This document shows positions 10,101 through 20,369 of a stretch of DNA of 64,000 bases, one piece after another. Position 1 is the first letter of the stretch, and each line of letters opens with the position of its first letter. Made by a program: the position numbers and the translations under genes. Below the pieces are notes generated by a model. The model worked only from the letters and a program-made list of their open reading frames with translations, did no database searches and was not told where the DNA came from. The stretch comes from Deferribacterales bacterium (GTDB taxonomy: Bacteria > Chrysiogenota > Deferribacteres > Deferribacterales > Geovibrionaceae): positions 115,230-179,229 of the forward strand of contig JBFWMA010000001.1 of the NCBI GenBank assembly GCA_050251875.1, read 5' to 3'.

Positions 10101-10687
10101 TGAGAATATATGTAGCGACCAAAAATAAACACAAACTCAAAGAGATAGCTCAGATTCTGGAAGGTTATGAGGTGGTTAGCGCCCATGACTACATAGACGG
10201 CGATCTGGATGTGGCGGAGACCGGAAACACTTTTCTGGAGAACGCTTCACTGAAGGCGAAAGCGCTCTCCAGACTGCTGAACGGATATGTGATAGCGGAT
10301 GATTCCGGGATATCCGTGGATGTTCTGGAGGGAGCGCCCGGGATTTACAGCGCCCGGTACGCCGGACCGACAGCCTCAGACGCCGATAACAATGAGAAAC
10401 TGCTCGCCGTGATGGAGCATGTGCCGGACGGAGAGCGTGGCGCCAGCTATGTCTGCGTGATAGCGCTCGCCATAGGCGGAGCCGTGGAAAAAACCTTCGG
10501 CGGAATGTGTCAGGGCGAGATAGCCAGAGGATACAGAGGCGAGGGCGGATTCGGATATGACGTTATCTTCCTTCTGCCGGACGGACGCCACATGGCGGAG
10601 CTGTCTGACGAAGAGAAGAACAGCATCAGCCACCGCAACATGGCTCTTCAGTCTCTGAAAGAATACCTCGCGGGTAAGACAGGCTGA
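10097..10687 (+). CDS. rdgB: Non-canonical purine NTP pyrophosphatase
   Basis: [21 protein letters not shown] motifs; follows rph. Confidence 0.95.
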   Translation: MMRIYVATKNKHKLKEIAQILEGYEVVSAHDYIDGDLDVAETGNTFLENASLKAKALSRLLNGYVIADDSGISVDVLEGAPGIYSARYAGPTASDADNNEKLLAVMEHVPDGERGASYVCVIALAIGGAVEKTFGGMCQGEIARGYRGEGGFGYDVIFLLPDGRHMAELSDEEKNSISHRNMALQSLKEYLAGKTG

Positions 10688-10691
10688 CGAT

Positions 10692-12614
10692 ATGAGATAC
10701 CTTTACCTTGCCGTCTTTATCTTGTCGGTGACGCTGTTTTTCACACTGTCGTGCGCCGGACTGCATAAGAATGACAAGGTCGATCTGGCTCTGTATCCGT
10801 CTGATACGGAGAGCATTTTCATAACTGATAAAAAAACCAGAGCCGTCAGGATAATGTCCAGAGACGGAGTTCTGATGTATAGAAAGATATTCGAGATGGC
10901 TGAGCCCATGCCGTCTTATGTTCCCGCCGATATGCTTCTGATGATGAACTATGCCGGAGAGCATATTCTCCAGTGCGACAGACCCTCTCAGGATGATTAT
11001 GACATGCTGAACGAATACGGCATACCTCTGGAGGGACTGCGTGACTGTTTTGTCATCGCTCTGGCGCAGAAGGCGTCTTCCATCTATTCCGCCAATCCCA
11101 ATAAAAAGCTGATAATGTATAAAACAGCCGCCGAGCTGATGAGAAAATACGGCGTGGACAGGCTTTATAACGCTTATCTGGCGAACGCCTATATGCAGAA
11201 TGACGTATGGGGCATGCAGTCGGCATCGCTCTATTATTTCGATAAACCCATAGACGCCATAGAGCCCAGTCAGACGCTGTGGCTGATGTCTCTGCTGACG
11301 CTGGGATATCTGCCGGAGACAGACAGAGACGGTTTTTACGGACGGATGGCGGATTTCTCCGGCTATGTAACGTCCGTGGGCAGACAGAACTATGACAAAC
11401 CGTATCTGAACATAGAATACAGGCAGCCCACGGAGCTGATCGCCTATCCGCAGTTCACCTCGCTGGTTCTTCAGGAGATGGAGGCGAGGGGCATAAAGCC
11501 CATAGGCGAACTGACGGTGGTCTCCGGAATCAGCATGGCGGCGGTGAAGGCGGCGGAAGAGGCAGTGGCGGAGAGACTGGCAAAATATCCCGAAGGCATC
11601 AACATAGCGCTCGCCGTGGTGAACTATGAGGATTCTACCATAGAGGCGCTGGCGGCAAGCAGTAAGACCCGCTACAGAACCATGCAGATGAAAAGGCAGA
11701 TCGGTTCGACATTCAAGCCGATGGTCTATGTGACCGCATTTGCCAACGGGTTCAGACCGAATCAGCTTATTCTGGACAAGCAGTACGAATACAAAAACCA
11801 TGGAAAGCCATACAGTCCCGCCAATTTCGAGGATTATTACATGGGCGTGATTCCTTTAAGAAAGGGGCTGGTCTTCTCTCTGAACAACGCCACCATAAGG
11901 CTGGGGCTTCTCGCCGGGCTGAAAAACGTGGCGGACACGGCGAAGGGGCTGGGCATGGAATACGACATCAAACCCTATCTGGCTATGCCTCTGGGGATAT
12001 TTCCCGTCACCCCGCTGAATCTGGCTAAGGTTTACGCCGCTCTGGGAAATTACGGGGTGAAGAGCGATGTCGGATTTATTATGGATGTGAGAGACGCCGG
12101 AGGCAGACCGGTGTATTTCGATAAAAAAATTCCTGAGAGGATAGTGCCGGAGACAGCCGCCTTTCAGGTGCTTCACATCATGCAGGATGTGCCGAGAATA
12201 GGCACAGCCAGAGGCAGCGGGCTGAAGCTCGGCACCGCCGCGAAAACAGGCACCACGGACGAATATAAGGACGCCTGGACTGTGGCTGTTTTTCCTCCCT
12301 ACGCTGTTGTGGCGTGGGTGGGTTATGACGACTCCAGAAGCATGGGGGAGAAAGGCACGGGAGGCGCTATGGCGGCTCCGGTTATAGCCGCTTTTCAGAG
12401 AAGAATATTGCCGGAAGGTCAAAAAATAGATTTTAAAGTTCCTCAAGGTATTGTATTAAAGTATATAGATTCATACCGTGGCGCCGTGGCGGGAAATCTC
12501 TGCCGCAGCCGGCGTATGATCGAGGAAGCATTCGCGGAGGACAACATGCCTGCGGACTGTGAGGTCATTCAGGCGGAGTCCGGGAAAAACTTGATTAAGA
12601 CCGCTAAGAATTAA
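10692..12614 (+). CDS. Class A-like penicillin-binding protein with a degenerate transglycosylase region
   Basis: Transpeptidase motifs STFK, SLN, KTGT; partial GT51-like segment YLANAY...WGMQSASLYYFDK. Confidence 0.85.
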   Translation: MRYLYLAVFILSVTLFFTLSCAGLHKNDKVDLALYPSDTESIFITDKKTRAVRIMSRDGVLMYRKIFEMAEPMPSYVPADMLLMMNYAGEHILQCDRPSQDDYDMLNEYGIPLEGLRDCFVIALAQKASSIYSANPNKKLIMYKTAAELMRKYGVDRLYNAYLANAYMQNDVWGMQSASLYYFDKPIDAIEPSQTLWLMSLLTLGYLPETDRDGFYGRMADFSGYVTSVGRQNYDKPYLNIEYRQPTELIAYPQFTSLVLQEMEARGIKPIGELTVVSGISMAAVKAAEEAVAERLAKYPEGINIALAVVNYEDSTIEALAASSKTRYRTMQMKRQIGSTFKPMVYVTAFANGFRPNQLILDKQYEYKNHGKPYSPANFEDYYMGVIPLRKGLVFSLNNATIRLGLLAGLKNVADTAKGLGMEYDIKPYLAMPLGIFPVTPLNLAKVYAALGNYGVKSDVGFIMDVRDAGGRPVYFDKKIPERIVPETAAFQVLHIMQDVPRIGTARGSGLKLGTAAKTGTTDEYKDAWTVAVFPPYAVVAWVGYDDSRSMGEKGTGGAMAAPVIAAFQRRILPEGQKIDFKVPQGIVLKYIDSYRGAVAGNLCRSRRMIEEAFAEDNMPADCEVIQAESGKNLIKTAKN

Positions 12615-12642
12615 ATTCCCGGCGGGAAAAGGACAGGAAGAT

Positions 12643-13164
12643 ATGGAAAACATTTATCTGATCGGATTCATGGGGACAGGAAAAAGCACAGTGGGCAGGA
12701 TGATTGCTCAGGATCTTGGACTGAAATTTGTAGATACCGATAAAATGGTAGAAGATAAAACAGGCAAAGCTATTCTGGATATTTTCGAGGAATCATCCGA
12801 AGAAGATTTCCGCAAGCTGGAGACCGAAGTTCTGAAAGAGATAACAGAAGAGAAGGGGATGATAGTCTCCACCGGAGGCGGAATCGTTGTCACCAGAGGA
12901 AATCTGGAGCTGATGAAACAGTCCGGAGCGGTTTTCACCCTTATCGCTGACGCTCACACTATCCACGAAAGACTGTCGCAGGACAACACCTGCAGACCGC
13001 TTCTGGAGGTTGAAAATCCTCTGGATGAAATCAAGAGACTTCTTTTCGAAAGAGCCGCTTTTTACATTAATGCTCATCATATCATCGAGACGTCCGATAT
13101 AACAGCTAGGGAAGCTGCCGATCAGATCATCTCTATACTTAAGAGTGAGGGCAGAATCTCTTAA
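12643..13164 (+). CDS. aroK: Shikimate kinase
   Basis: GFMGTGKST, STGGG, RPLL. Confidence 0.95.
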   Translation: MENIYLIGFMGTGKSTVGRMIAQDLGLKFVDTDKMVEDKTGKAILDIFEESSEEDFRKLETEVLKEITEEKGMIVSTGGGIVVTRGNLELMKQSGAVFTLIADAHTIHERLSQDNTCRPLLEVENPLDEIKRLLFERAAFYINAHHIIETSDITAREAADQIISILKSEGRIS

Positions 13165-13188
13165 TTTGTATCCGGGAGCGTCATCTTA

Positions 13189-14238
13189 ATGGGCAAGGTA
13201 TTCGTTGATCTTAAAAAGCAGGTCGACTACTCCTATGAAATCACAATAGGCAGCGGATTTATAAGAGACTCTCTCGCCGTGTATATAGGCGAGGACTGCT
13301 TTTATATGGTAGACGACAAGGTGTTCAATCTTTACGAAAGCCTTTTTCCCGATGACCGTGTGCACAGGTTCAAGGCGGACGAACACAACAAGACCTATGA
13401 GTCTGTGGTGTCCGTTCTCGGCTTTCTTTTCCGCTGCGGAGCCAGACGTGACGGCAAGCTGATTCTTGTGGGCGGAGGCATCACGGGTGACGTGGGCGGT
13501 TTCGCCGCGGCTACATATATGCGGGGCATAGCTTTTGTTCAGGTGCCGACTACTCTTCTGTCCATGGTGGATTCCAGCGTGGGCGGGAAAACCGGAATAA
13601 ATTTTAAAGGCGCTAAGAACAATGTTGGGGCTTTCAGCCAGCCGAAGCAGGTTCTTATCGATATGGATTTTCTGAAAACTCTGCCGGACGATGAATATCT
13701 GAACGGAATGGCGGAGGTCATCAAATACGGCGTGGTGTATGACGCCGAATTCCTGGAATATCTCTATGAAAACAAAGATAAACTTCTGGGCAGAGACACG
13801 GAGACGCTGGATTATGTCGTCACCTGCTGCTGCCGGATGAAAGCGGACGTGGTGAAAAAAGACGAAAAAGAGACAGGGGAGAGAGCCCTGCTTAATTTCG
13901 GTCATACATTCGCCCACGCCATAGAGACCGATTCTCACCACGAGGTCAAACACGGGTTCGCCGTGGCTGTCGGAATGTATCAGGAGACTGAGTTTGCCTA
14001 TAAAAACAAGCTGGCGGATGAAAAAACCCTGAACGATGTGAAAAGAGTGCTGACAGCGTATGGTTTTCCCATCACATACGATATCAGAGACAGAGAGGTT
14101 TTCTTCCACGCCATGACAGCGGACAAAAAGGCAGATAAAAAGGGTCTGACGCTGGCTATATCTCCTTCCACAGGCACAGGAAAGCTGGTTAAAAATATCT
14201 CTATCGAAAAGATAATGGACTATTATTCTCAAATCTGA
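13189..14238 (+). CDS. aroB: 3-dehydroquinate synthase
   Basis: GGGITGD, PTTLLSMVDSSVGGKTG, LNFGHTFAHA. Confidence 0.96.
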   Translation: MGKVFVDLKKQVDYSYEITIGSGFIRDSLAVYIGEDCFYMVDDKVFNLYESLFPDDRVHRFKADEHNKTYESVVSVLGFLFRCGARRDGKLILVGGGITGDVGGFAAATYMRGIAFVQVPTTLLSMVDSSVGGKTGINFKGAKNNVGAFSQPKQVLIDMDFLKTLPDDEYLNGMAEVIKYGVVYDAEFLEYLYENKDKLLGRDTETLDYVVTCCCRMKADVVKKDEKETGERALLNFGHTFAHAIETDSHHEVKHGFAVAVGMYQETEFAYKNKLADEKTLNDVKRVLTAYGFPITYDIRDREVFFHAMTADKKADKKGLTLAISPSTGTGKLVKNISIEKIMDYYSQI

Positions 14239-14314
14239 TTTAGGCACAGTCTCTTAGCCCTTATCAGCTTCTTATCCTTTGACTTTTTTTGATTTCAAGG
14301 TAACATATCGCTAT

Positions 14315-16381
14315 ATGGACGAGAAGATTAAAGCCAGATATCTTGGCGACATCGAATATTTTTCTGCAAAACTGGAGCAGGACAAGGACTCAATGCTGTT
14401 CTTGCCCCTTGCCTCCGCATATATCAATCTGTCGCAGTATGATGACGCTGTTAATATCCTTTTATCCGGTCTGGATGCCCATCCGGACATGGGCATGGCA
14501 AAGACCATGCTGGCTCAGGCATATCTGGGGCTGGACCGCACGGAGGAGGCTAAGGGGCTTCTGACGGAGATGCGTGTTCTGGATACCTCTAACTATCTGG
14601 CGGAAAAACTTCTCGGAAATATCTATAGAGCCGAATCAGAGCTGAAAAAAGCCGTAATCTGCTATAAAAATGCGTACAGCATCGCTCCGGAGGACACCGG
14701 GCTGAAAAACCTCATAGAGGAACTGATCAGCGAAGCCGGGCTGGAGGGCGAGGATCTGTATGATGACAGACCTATCGGACACGAGGACGAAGAGCTTTTG
14801 GAGACACTGGGTCAGGAGCTGGCGGACGAGGTCAGACAGGAGATAGGCGAGACGGACGAAAAAGTTGAGCAGGTGACGGAGGACGAGGTCAAACAGACCG
14901 TGGACGAGATCATCGGCACGGAGGAAGAAGCCTCCCTTGACGGTTTTGTTGATGAAGAGATTTCAGAAGAGCTGGTGGACGAGCTGGAAGAAGAGATGCT
15001 CGCCAGTCTTGATGACGATATAGTGCACACCGAAAGCATCATGGAAATTCCCGAAGAGAAGAGTGAAGAGGAAGAGGCGGATGATCTGCCCGCTGAGGAC
15101 ATCAGCGATATGGCGGCGGAACTGAGCGCCGACCTCGGTCTGGATGCGCCGGAGGCTGAGGAGACCGCTGAACCTGATGCTGTTATTACCGATGATGATA
15201 TAGCGGCTGTGGACGCTGAAGAAGAGACAGCGCCGGAGGAAATTCCGGAAGAGATAGAAATCGCGGCGGCAGAGCCCATAGAAGATGTGACCGCTGAAGA
15301 AGAGCAGGCTGATTTAGAAGAGCCTGATTTCGAACTGGCGGAGGAGAGCGGGGCGTCTGCTGATCTGGTTTTCTCCGGAGAACCCGAGCCCGAGGCAGAA
15401 GCGGATGCTGAAATTGATATGGTCTCTGAGCCTGAAGCAGAAGCAGAAGCAGAAGCAGAAGAGACAATCGGTTTTGCCGTGGAAAATATAGCCGAAGAGA
15501 TTTCAGCGGAAATTACCGAAGATATGCCTGACGACATAACTGAAGAGATTTCCTGCTCTGATGAGGAACTGACCGAAGAGGCTAGTGATATGCCTGAGAT
15601 GGCGGAAGCTGTTACAGGTGAAATTCCTGAGATACCGGAGATTCAGGATACGGAGGCTGTTTCCGAACCGGAAGCGCAGGAACCTGAACCAGAGATTGCT
15701 GAGCCTGAAATAACTGAACCTGAGCTGGCTGAATCGGAGCTGGCTGAATCGGAGCTGGCTGAACCGGATGAGTCCGGATTATCCGAGTCTGAGATAGATA
15801 TTACAGAGCCGGAGACGGACGAGGCAGATATGGCGCAGGCGGAAGAGATACCTGCCGAAGATATAGTAATAGACGAAGAACCGGAAGAAGAGGCTGTCAT
15901 CGCAGAGGAGATAGTCGCTCCGGATGCTCATGCAGAGCCTGTGGTGCTGGATGTGGCGGCTTATGAGCCTGACGGGGATGAGCTGAAACAGGACGCCGAA
16001 GAGCTGAAACAGGACGCCGAAGAGCTGAAAGAAGAACTGGCGGATATTCCGGAGATGACTGAAGGGGTAGCGCCGGAGACCGTTTCTGAGCCGGAAGAGC
16101 CGTATATGATGTCCGAAGAGGACGAAAAGATAATCTCAGACACCAAAGATGAGCTGACAAAAGAAGATAAACTGAACGAGGAACTGGCTATCCTCTTTGC
16201 CATGGAAGAGCTGGAAGAGAAGGCAAAAGAGGGTAAAATATATGAATGTATGAACACTGACGCAGGTGATGAGCTGGCGGATGTGAAAAGCAGATATCCG
16301 GAAGGGCTGGATAAGACAACGTATGAACAGGTGAACAGGCTTGAAAACCTATTGGAGATTATAAAAAATAACTCAAAATAA
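14315..16381 (+). CDS. TPR protein with a very long acidic low-complexity region
   Basis: N-terminal TPR-like helices, then roughly 500 E/D/A/P-rich residues; likely start MDEKIK at 14315. Confidence 0.75.
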   Translation: MDEKIKARYLGDIEYFSAKLEQDKDSMLFLPLASAYINLSQYDDAVNILLSGLDAHPDMGMAKTMLAQAYLGLDRTEEAKGLLTEMRVLDTSNYLAEKLLGNIYRAESELKKAVICYKNAYSIAPEDTGLKNLIEELISEAGLEGEDLYDDRPIGHEDEELLETLGQELADEVRQEIGETDEKVEQVTEDEVKQTVDEIIGTEEEASLDGFVDEEISEELVDELEEEMLASLDDDIVHTESIMEIPEEKSEEEEADDLPAEDISDMAAELSADLGLDAPEAEETAEPDAVITDDDIAAVDAEEETAPEEIPEEIEIAAAEPIEDVTAEEEQADLEEPDFELAEESGASADLVFSGEPEPEAEADAEIDMVSEPEAEAEAEAEETIGFAVENIAEEISAEITEDMPDDITEEISCSDEELTEEASDMPEMAEAVTGEIPEIPEIQDTEAVSEPEAQEPEPEIAEPEITEPELAESELAESELAEPDESGLSESEIDITEPETDEADMAQAEEIPAEDIVIDEEPEEEAVIAEEIVAPDAHAEPVVLDVAAYEPDGDELKQDAEELKQDAEELKEELADIPEMTEGVAPETVSEPEEPYMMSEEDEKIISDTKDELTKEDKLNEELAILFAMEELEEKAKEGKIYECMNTDAGDELADVKSRYPEGLDKTTYEQVNRLENLLEIIKNNSK
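15722..16030 (+). repeat. In-frame coding tandem repeats
   Basis: GAGCTGGCTGAA(T/C)CG x3 at 15722-15766; GAGCTGAAACAGGACGCCGAA x2 plus a partial copy at 15980-16030 (also GAAGCA x4 at 15434). Confidence 0.85.
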
Positions 16382-16457
16382 ATTTATTACATGCTGATTG
16401 TGCTCAAATTGCTGGATTAAAGCAATTTTTCGGTTATAATTGCACAAGTTAACTTAA

Positions 16458-16895
16458 ATGGAGAGCTTAGAAGTGAAAGTCCTAGTTATCAACGGTCCTA
16501 ACCTCAACATGCTTGGGAGAAGGGAAAAGAGTATTTACGGAGATATGAACCTCGACAGCATCAACAACATGCTGACCGCAAAAGCGGACGGCAGATGCGA
16601 TCTGGAATTTTTTCAGAGCAACCACGAGGGAGACATTGTCGACATGATACAGAGAACCGATGCCGACGGGATCATTCTTAACGCCGGAGCCTACACTCAC
16701 ACCAGCATAGCCATCAGAGACAGTCTGCTGGCGGCGTCTGTGGAGTTCGTGGAAGTGCATCTGTCCAATGTATATGCCAGAGAGGATTTCAGACATCATT
16801 CCTACCTGTCGGACATAGCAAAAGGCGTTATCGCCGGATTCGGCGCCGACTCATACCTTCTCGCTCTGGAATTTTTCTTAAGGAAATCTGCTTGA
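16458..16895 (+). CDS. aroQ: Type II 3-dehydroquinate dehydratase
   Basis: NGPNLNMLG, QSNHEG, EVHLSN; start may be GTG at 16473. Confidence 0.96.
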   Translation: MESLEVKVLVINGPNLNMLGRREKSIYGDMNLDSINNMLTAKADGRCDLEFFQSNHEGDIVDMIQRTDADGIILNAGAYTHTSIAIRDSLLAASVEFVEVHLSNVYAREDFRHHSYLSDIAKGVIAGFGADSYLLALEFFLRKSA

Positions 16896-17947
16896 ACTCA
16901 CGCATCCTGAAACTGCGGGGGCTGATGAGACAGAACGGCGTTGGGTGTCTTTTTGTCACCTCGATGTCCGACATATATTATCTGACCGGATTCACCGGAA
17001 GCACCGCGTTTCTCTTTGTCACAGGGACAGAGGCGCTCTTTCTGACTGACGGCAGATATGAAGAGCAGGTGAAAGAGGAGCTGACCGAAGGCATAGAAGC
17101 CGAGATAGTGAAGAACTATCAGGAATCTCTTCAGGCGTGCGCCGGAAAATATAAAGATATCACGGTGACATACTCCTGCGGGCTTTACGAATATGAGATG
17201 ATAAAAGACCACGCCGAGAAAACAGGCGTGGATAAAAATAATATGATAAGCGCACTGCGCATGGTGAAGGACGAGAGCGAACTCGCCCTGATCCGTGATA
17301 TGTACAGAGCGGCGCACACAGGTTTTGTGAACGCTTTTCCGTCTTTCGTCTCCGGAGTCACAGAAGACTTCTGGGCGGCTGAGCTGGAAAAACAGATGAA
17401 GCTGGCGGGCGCCAAAACCCCGTCTTTCGAGACTATCACGGCTTCCGGATACAGAGGAGCCATGCCCCACGGAGCCGCCAGCCGGAAGGTGGTGGAAAAG
17501 AATGACGCCGTGGTGCTGGACTATGGATGCAGACTGAGCTATTGCAGTGACGTTACCCGTCTGATAATAGCCGGAGAGAATGAAAAAGCGGAAATGATAG
17601 CGGATATAGTCTATTCCGCTCTGAAAAAAGCGTCAGACGCCGTGCGTCCCGGCGCTGTCTGCTGTGATATAGACAAAATAGCCAGACACTATATAGAGTC
17701 GAAAGGTTTTGGGAAATATTTTAACCACAGTTTAGGACACGGCGTGGGGATTGACGTTCACGAGAAACCCACTCTGAATTCCAGAGACACGACTGTGCTG
17801 GAACCCGGGATGGTGGTAACCATCGAGCCGGGTATCTATCTGCCCGGAGAGCTGGGCGTAAGGCTGGAAGATACGGTCGCTGTGACAGATTCCGGATTCG
17901 AGAATCTGGCGGCGGTCTTCGATAAATATGTATACAAAAGTAAATGA
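16892..17947 (+). CDS. Xaa-Pro aminopeptidase (M24)
   Basis: HSLGHGVGIDVHE, TIEPGIY, GVRLED; directly upstream of efp. Confidence 0.92.
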   Translation: MNSRILKLRGLMRQNGVGCLFVTSMSDIYYLTGFTGSTAFLFVTGTEALFLTDGRYEEQVKEELTEGIEAEIVKNYQESLQACAGKYKDITVTYSCGLYEYEMIKDHAEKTGVDKNNMISALRMVKDESELALIRDMYRAAHTGFVNAFPSFVSGVTEDFWAAELEKQMKLAGAKTPSFETITASGYRGAMPHGAASRKVVEKNDAVVLDYGCRLSYCSDVTRLIIAGENEKAEMIADIVYSALKKASDAVRPGAVCCDIDKIARHYIESKGFGKYFNHSLGHGVGIDVHEKPTLNSRDTTVLEPGMVVTIEPGIYLPGELGVRLEDTVAVTDSGFENLAAVFDKYVYKSK

Positions 17948-17959
17948 GGTGTTTTTTTT

Positions 17960-18535
17960 ATGAGCGTGATTACTCCCAACCAGTTTAAAAGAGGAGCAAA
18001 AATTGAACTTGACGGCGAACCTTATGCAGTCGTCGAGTATCTACATATTAAATGTGGAAGAGGCGGCGCCACCGTCAGAACAAAAGTAAAAAGCCTGCGC
18101 ACCGGAGCTGTTATCGAAAGAACCTTCAAATCAGACGAAAAGCTCAAACAGCCTGATTTCGAAGAGAAGCAGATGCAGTACCTATACAGCGACGGCGAAA
18201 AGTTTTATTTCATGGATACAGAGAGCTATGAGCAGATAGAGATAGCGTCAGACGGTGTCGGCGATTCCTACCTGTTCATGCCCGAAAATATTAATGTGAA
18301 CGTGCAGGTTTTTAACGGTCAGCCCATCGGCATCGACCTGCCTAACTTCGTGGAGCTCGAAGTGACAGCCACAGACCCCGGTCTGAAAGGCGACACAGTG
18401 AGCGGCGGCAGCAAACCCGCCACAATATCCACAGGGGGCACTGTGAACGTTCCTCTTTTCATCAACATAGGCGATGTGCTCAAAATAGATACAAGAGAGC
18501 AGACCTATATAGAAAGAGTCAGAACCGCCAAATAA
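17960..18535 (+). CDS. efp: Elongation factor P
   Basis: PGLKGDT, KPA and VPLFI motifs; tip loop KCGRGGA. Confidence 0.96.
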   Translation: MSVITPNQFKRGAKIELDGEPYAVVEYLHIKCGRGGATVRTKVKSLRTGAVIERTFKSDEKLKQPDFEEKQMQYLYSDGEKFYFMDTESYEQIEIASDGVGDSYLFMPENINVNVQVFNGQPIGIDLPNFVELEVTATDPGLKGDTVSGGSKPATISTGGTVNVPLFINIGDVLKIDTREQTYIERVRTAK

Positions 18536-18548
18536 AGGAGGGTGGAAA

Positions 18549-19022
18549 ATGGACATCAAAGAGATTAAAGAGCTTATTAAATTTATCGAAAAATCAGACA
18601 TCAAAGAATTTCAGTACGAAAACGACAGCGAAAGCCTTTATATATCAAAAAACGGCGATGTGCCGATCTATACACAGCAGGCAGCGCCTCAGATGCAGTA
18701 CGCTCCCGCTATGGCTCCCGCCGCTCCCGCTATCGCAGGACACGCGGAAGCTGTGACAGTGACAGCCGCTCCGGCTGTTTCCGGAACAGAAGTGAAGTCG
18801 CCCATCGTGGGAACATTCTATGAGGCTCCGTCACCCGGCGCCGCGGCGTTTGTCGCTGAAGGCGACACAGTGAAAGCCGGACAGACTCTCTGCATAGTGG
18901 AAGCTATGAAGATTATGAACGAGATCGAGGCGGAGTTCGACTGTATTATAAAGAAAAGAGTTGCCATGAACGGAAAACCTGTGGAGTTCGGCGAAACAAT
19001 CTTTGTAGTTGAACCCATCTAA
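18549..19022 (+). CDS. accB: Biotin carboxyl carrier protein
   Basis: EAMKIMN biotinylation motif, Ala/Pro linker. Confidence 0.96.
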   Translation: MDIKEIKELIKFIEKSDIKEFQYENDSESLYISKNGDVPIYTQQAAPQMQYAPAMAPAAPAIAGHAEAVTVTAAPAVSGTEVKSPIVGTFYEAPSPGAAAFVAEGDTVKAGQTLCIVEAMKIMNEIEAEFDCIIKKRVAMNGKPVEFGETIFVVEPI

Positions 19023-19031
19023 GGGGGACTC

Positions 19032-20369
19032 ATGTTCAATAAGGTACTGATAGCCAACAGGGGCGAGATCGCCCTTAGAATAATTAGAGCCTGCAAGGAG
19101 CTGAATGTTAAGACCGTGGCGGTGTATTCAGACGTGGACAGAGACAGTCTGCACGTTGCCATGGCTGATGAGGCTGTTTGCATAGGACCTGCTCAGTCCA
19201 GAGCGAGCTATCTGAATGTGAAAAGCATCATAGCGGCGGCAGAGATTGCCGATGTGGACGCTATACACCCCGGATACGGATTTCTGGCTGAAAATGAAGA
19301 CTTTGCGGCGATATGCGAGGAGTGCGGTTTCAAATTTATCGGACCCAGCGCCAAGCACATAGCCATGATGGGAAATAAATCCGCTGCTAAAGACGCCATG
19401 AAGAAATTCGGCGTGCCGGTTGTTCCCGGGTCAGAAGGCTCCGTTGCCACTGCTAAAGAAGGTCTGGAGATAGCCAAGAAGATCGGCTTCCCCGTTATTA
19501 TCAAGGCGGCGGCAGGCGGCGGCGGAAAGGGCATGAGAGAGGCTCACAACGAAATGAGCTTTATGAACGCCTTTGAAATGGCCAGAGCGGAAGGGGCTAA
19601 CGCCTTCGGATCAGATGAAGTTTACATCGAAAAATTTATCGTTGACCCCAGACACGTTGAGATTCAGGTATTCGGAGACGGTAAGGGAAAAGGACTCCAC
19701 TTCTATGAGAGGGAGTGTTCCATCCAGCGCCGCCACCAGAAACTTCTGGAAGAAGCGCCCAGCACCGGCATCAGTGAAGCCACCAGAAAGAAAATGGGCG
19801 AAACATCCGTGCGGGCTGTGGAGTCTCTGGGATATGAAAACGCCGGAACGATAGAATACCTTGTGGACAGGGATGAAAATTTCTATTTTATGGAGATGAA
19901 CACCCGTATTCAGGTGGAACACCCCGTAACCGAGATGATGACTAACATCGACCTGCTTCAGCTCCAGCTGAGAGTAGCGGCGGGCGAGGGAATGAACCTG
20001 AACCAGGAAGACATACGCATAGTCGGACACGCCATAGAGTGCAGGATAAACGCCGAAGACCCCGAGTCTTTCCGTCCCTGCCCCGGAACCATCACCGGAT
20101 ATAACACTCCCGGAGGTTTCGGCACCAGAGTGGATTCCGCTTGCTATGACGGATATACAGTTCTGCCATATTACGACAGCATGATTGCCAAGCTGATCGT
20201 GTTCGGAAAGAACAGAGAAATGGCGATAGCCAGAATGAAAAGAGCCCTGGACGAATTCGTTGTGGAAGGCATCAAAACCTCTATTCCTCTGCATAAGAGG
20301 ATTCTGGAACACCACGCATTCAGCAAAGGGGACATAAGCACAGCCTTTATCGAAAGGTATTTTGGATGA
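19032..20369 (+). CDS. accC: Biotin carboxylase
   Basis: [25 protein letters not shown]. Confidence 0.97.
   Translation: MFNKVLIANRGEIALRIIRACKELNVKTVAVYSDVDRDSLHVAMADEAVCIGPAQSRASYLNVKSIIAAAEIADVDAIHPGYGFLAENEDFAAICEECGFKFIGPSAKHIAMMGNKSAAKDAMKKFGVPVVPGSEGSVATAKEGLEIAKKIGFPVIIKAAAGGGGKGMREAHNEMSFMNAFEMARAEGANAFGSDEVYIEKFIVDPRHVEIQVFGDGKGKGLHFYERECSIQRRHQKLLEEAPSTGISEATRKKMGETSVRAVESLGYENAGTIEYLVDRDENFYFMEMNTRIQVEHPVTEMMTNIDLLQLQLRVAAGEGMNLNQEDIRIVGHAIECRINAEDPESFRPCPGTITGYNTPGGFGTRVDSACYDGYTVLPYYDSMIAKLIVFGKNREMAIARMKRALDEFVVEGIKTSIPLHKRILEHHAFSKGDISTAFIERYFG

Noticed and set aside
14812..15537. Ser-rich antisense ORFs
   Set aside because: Mirror of the Glu-rich codons in the acidic TPR gene
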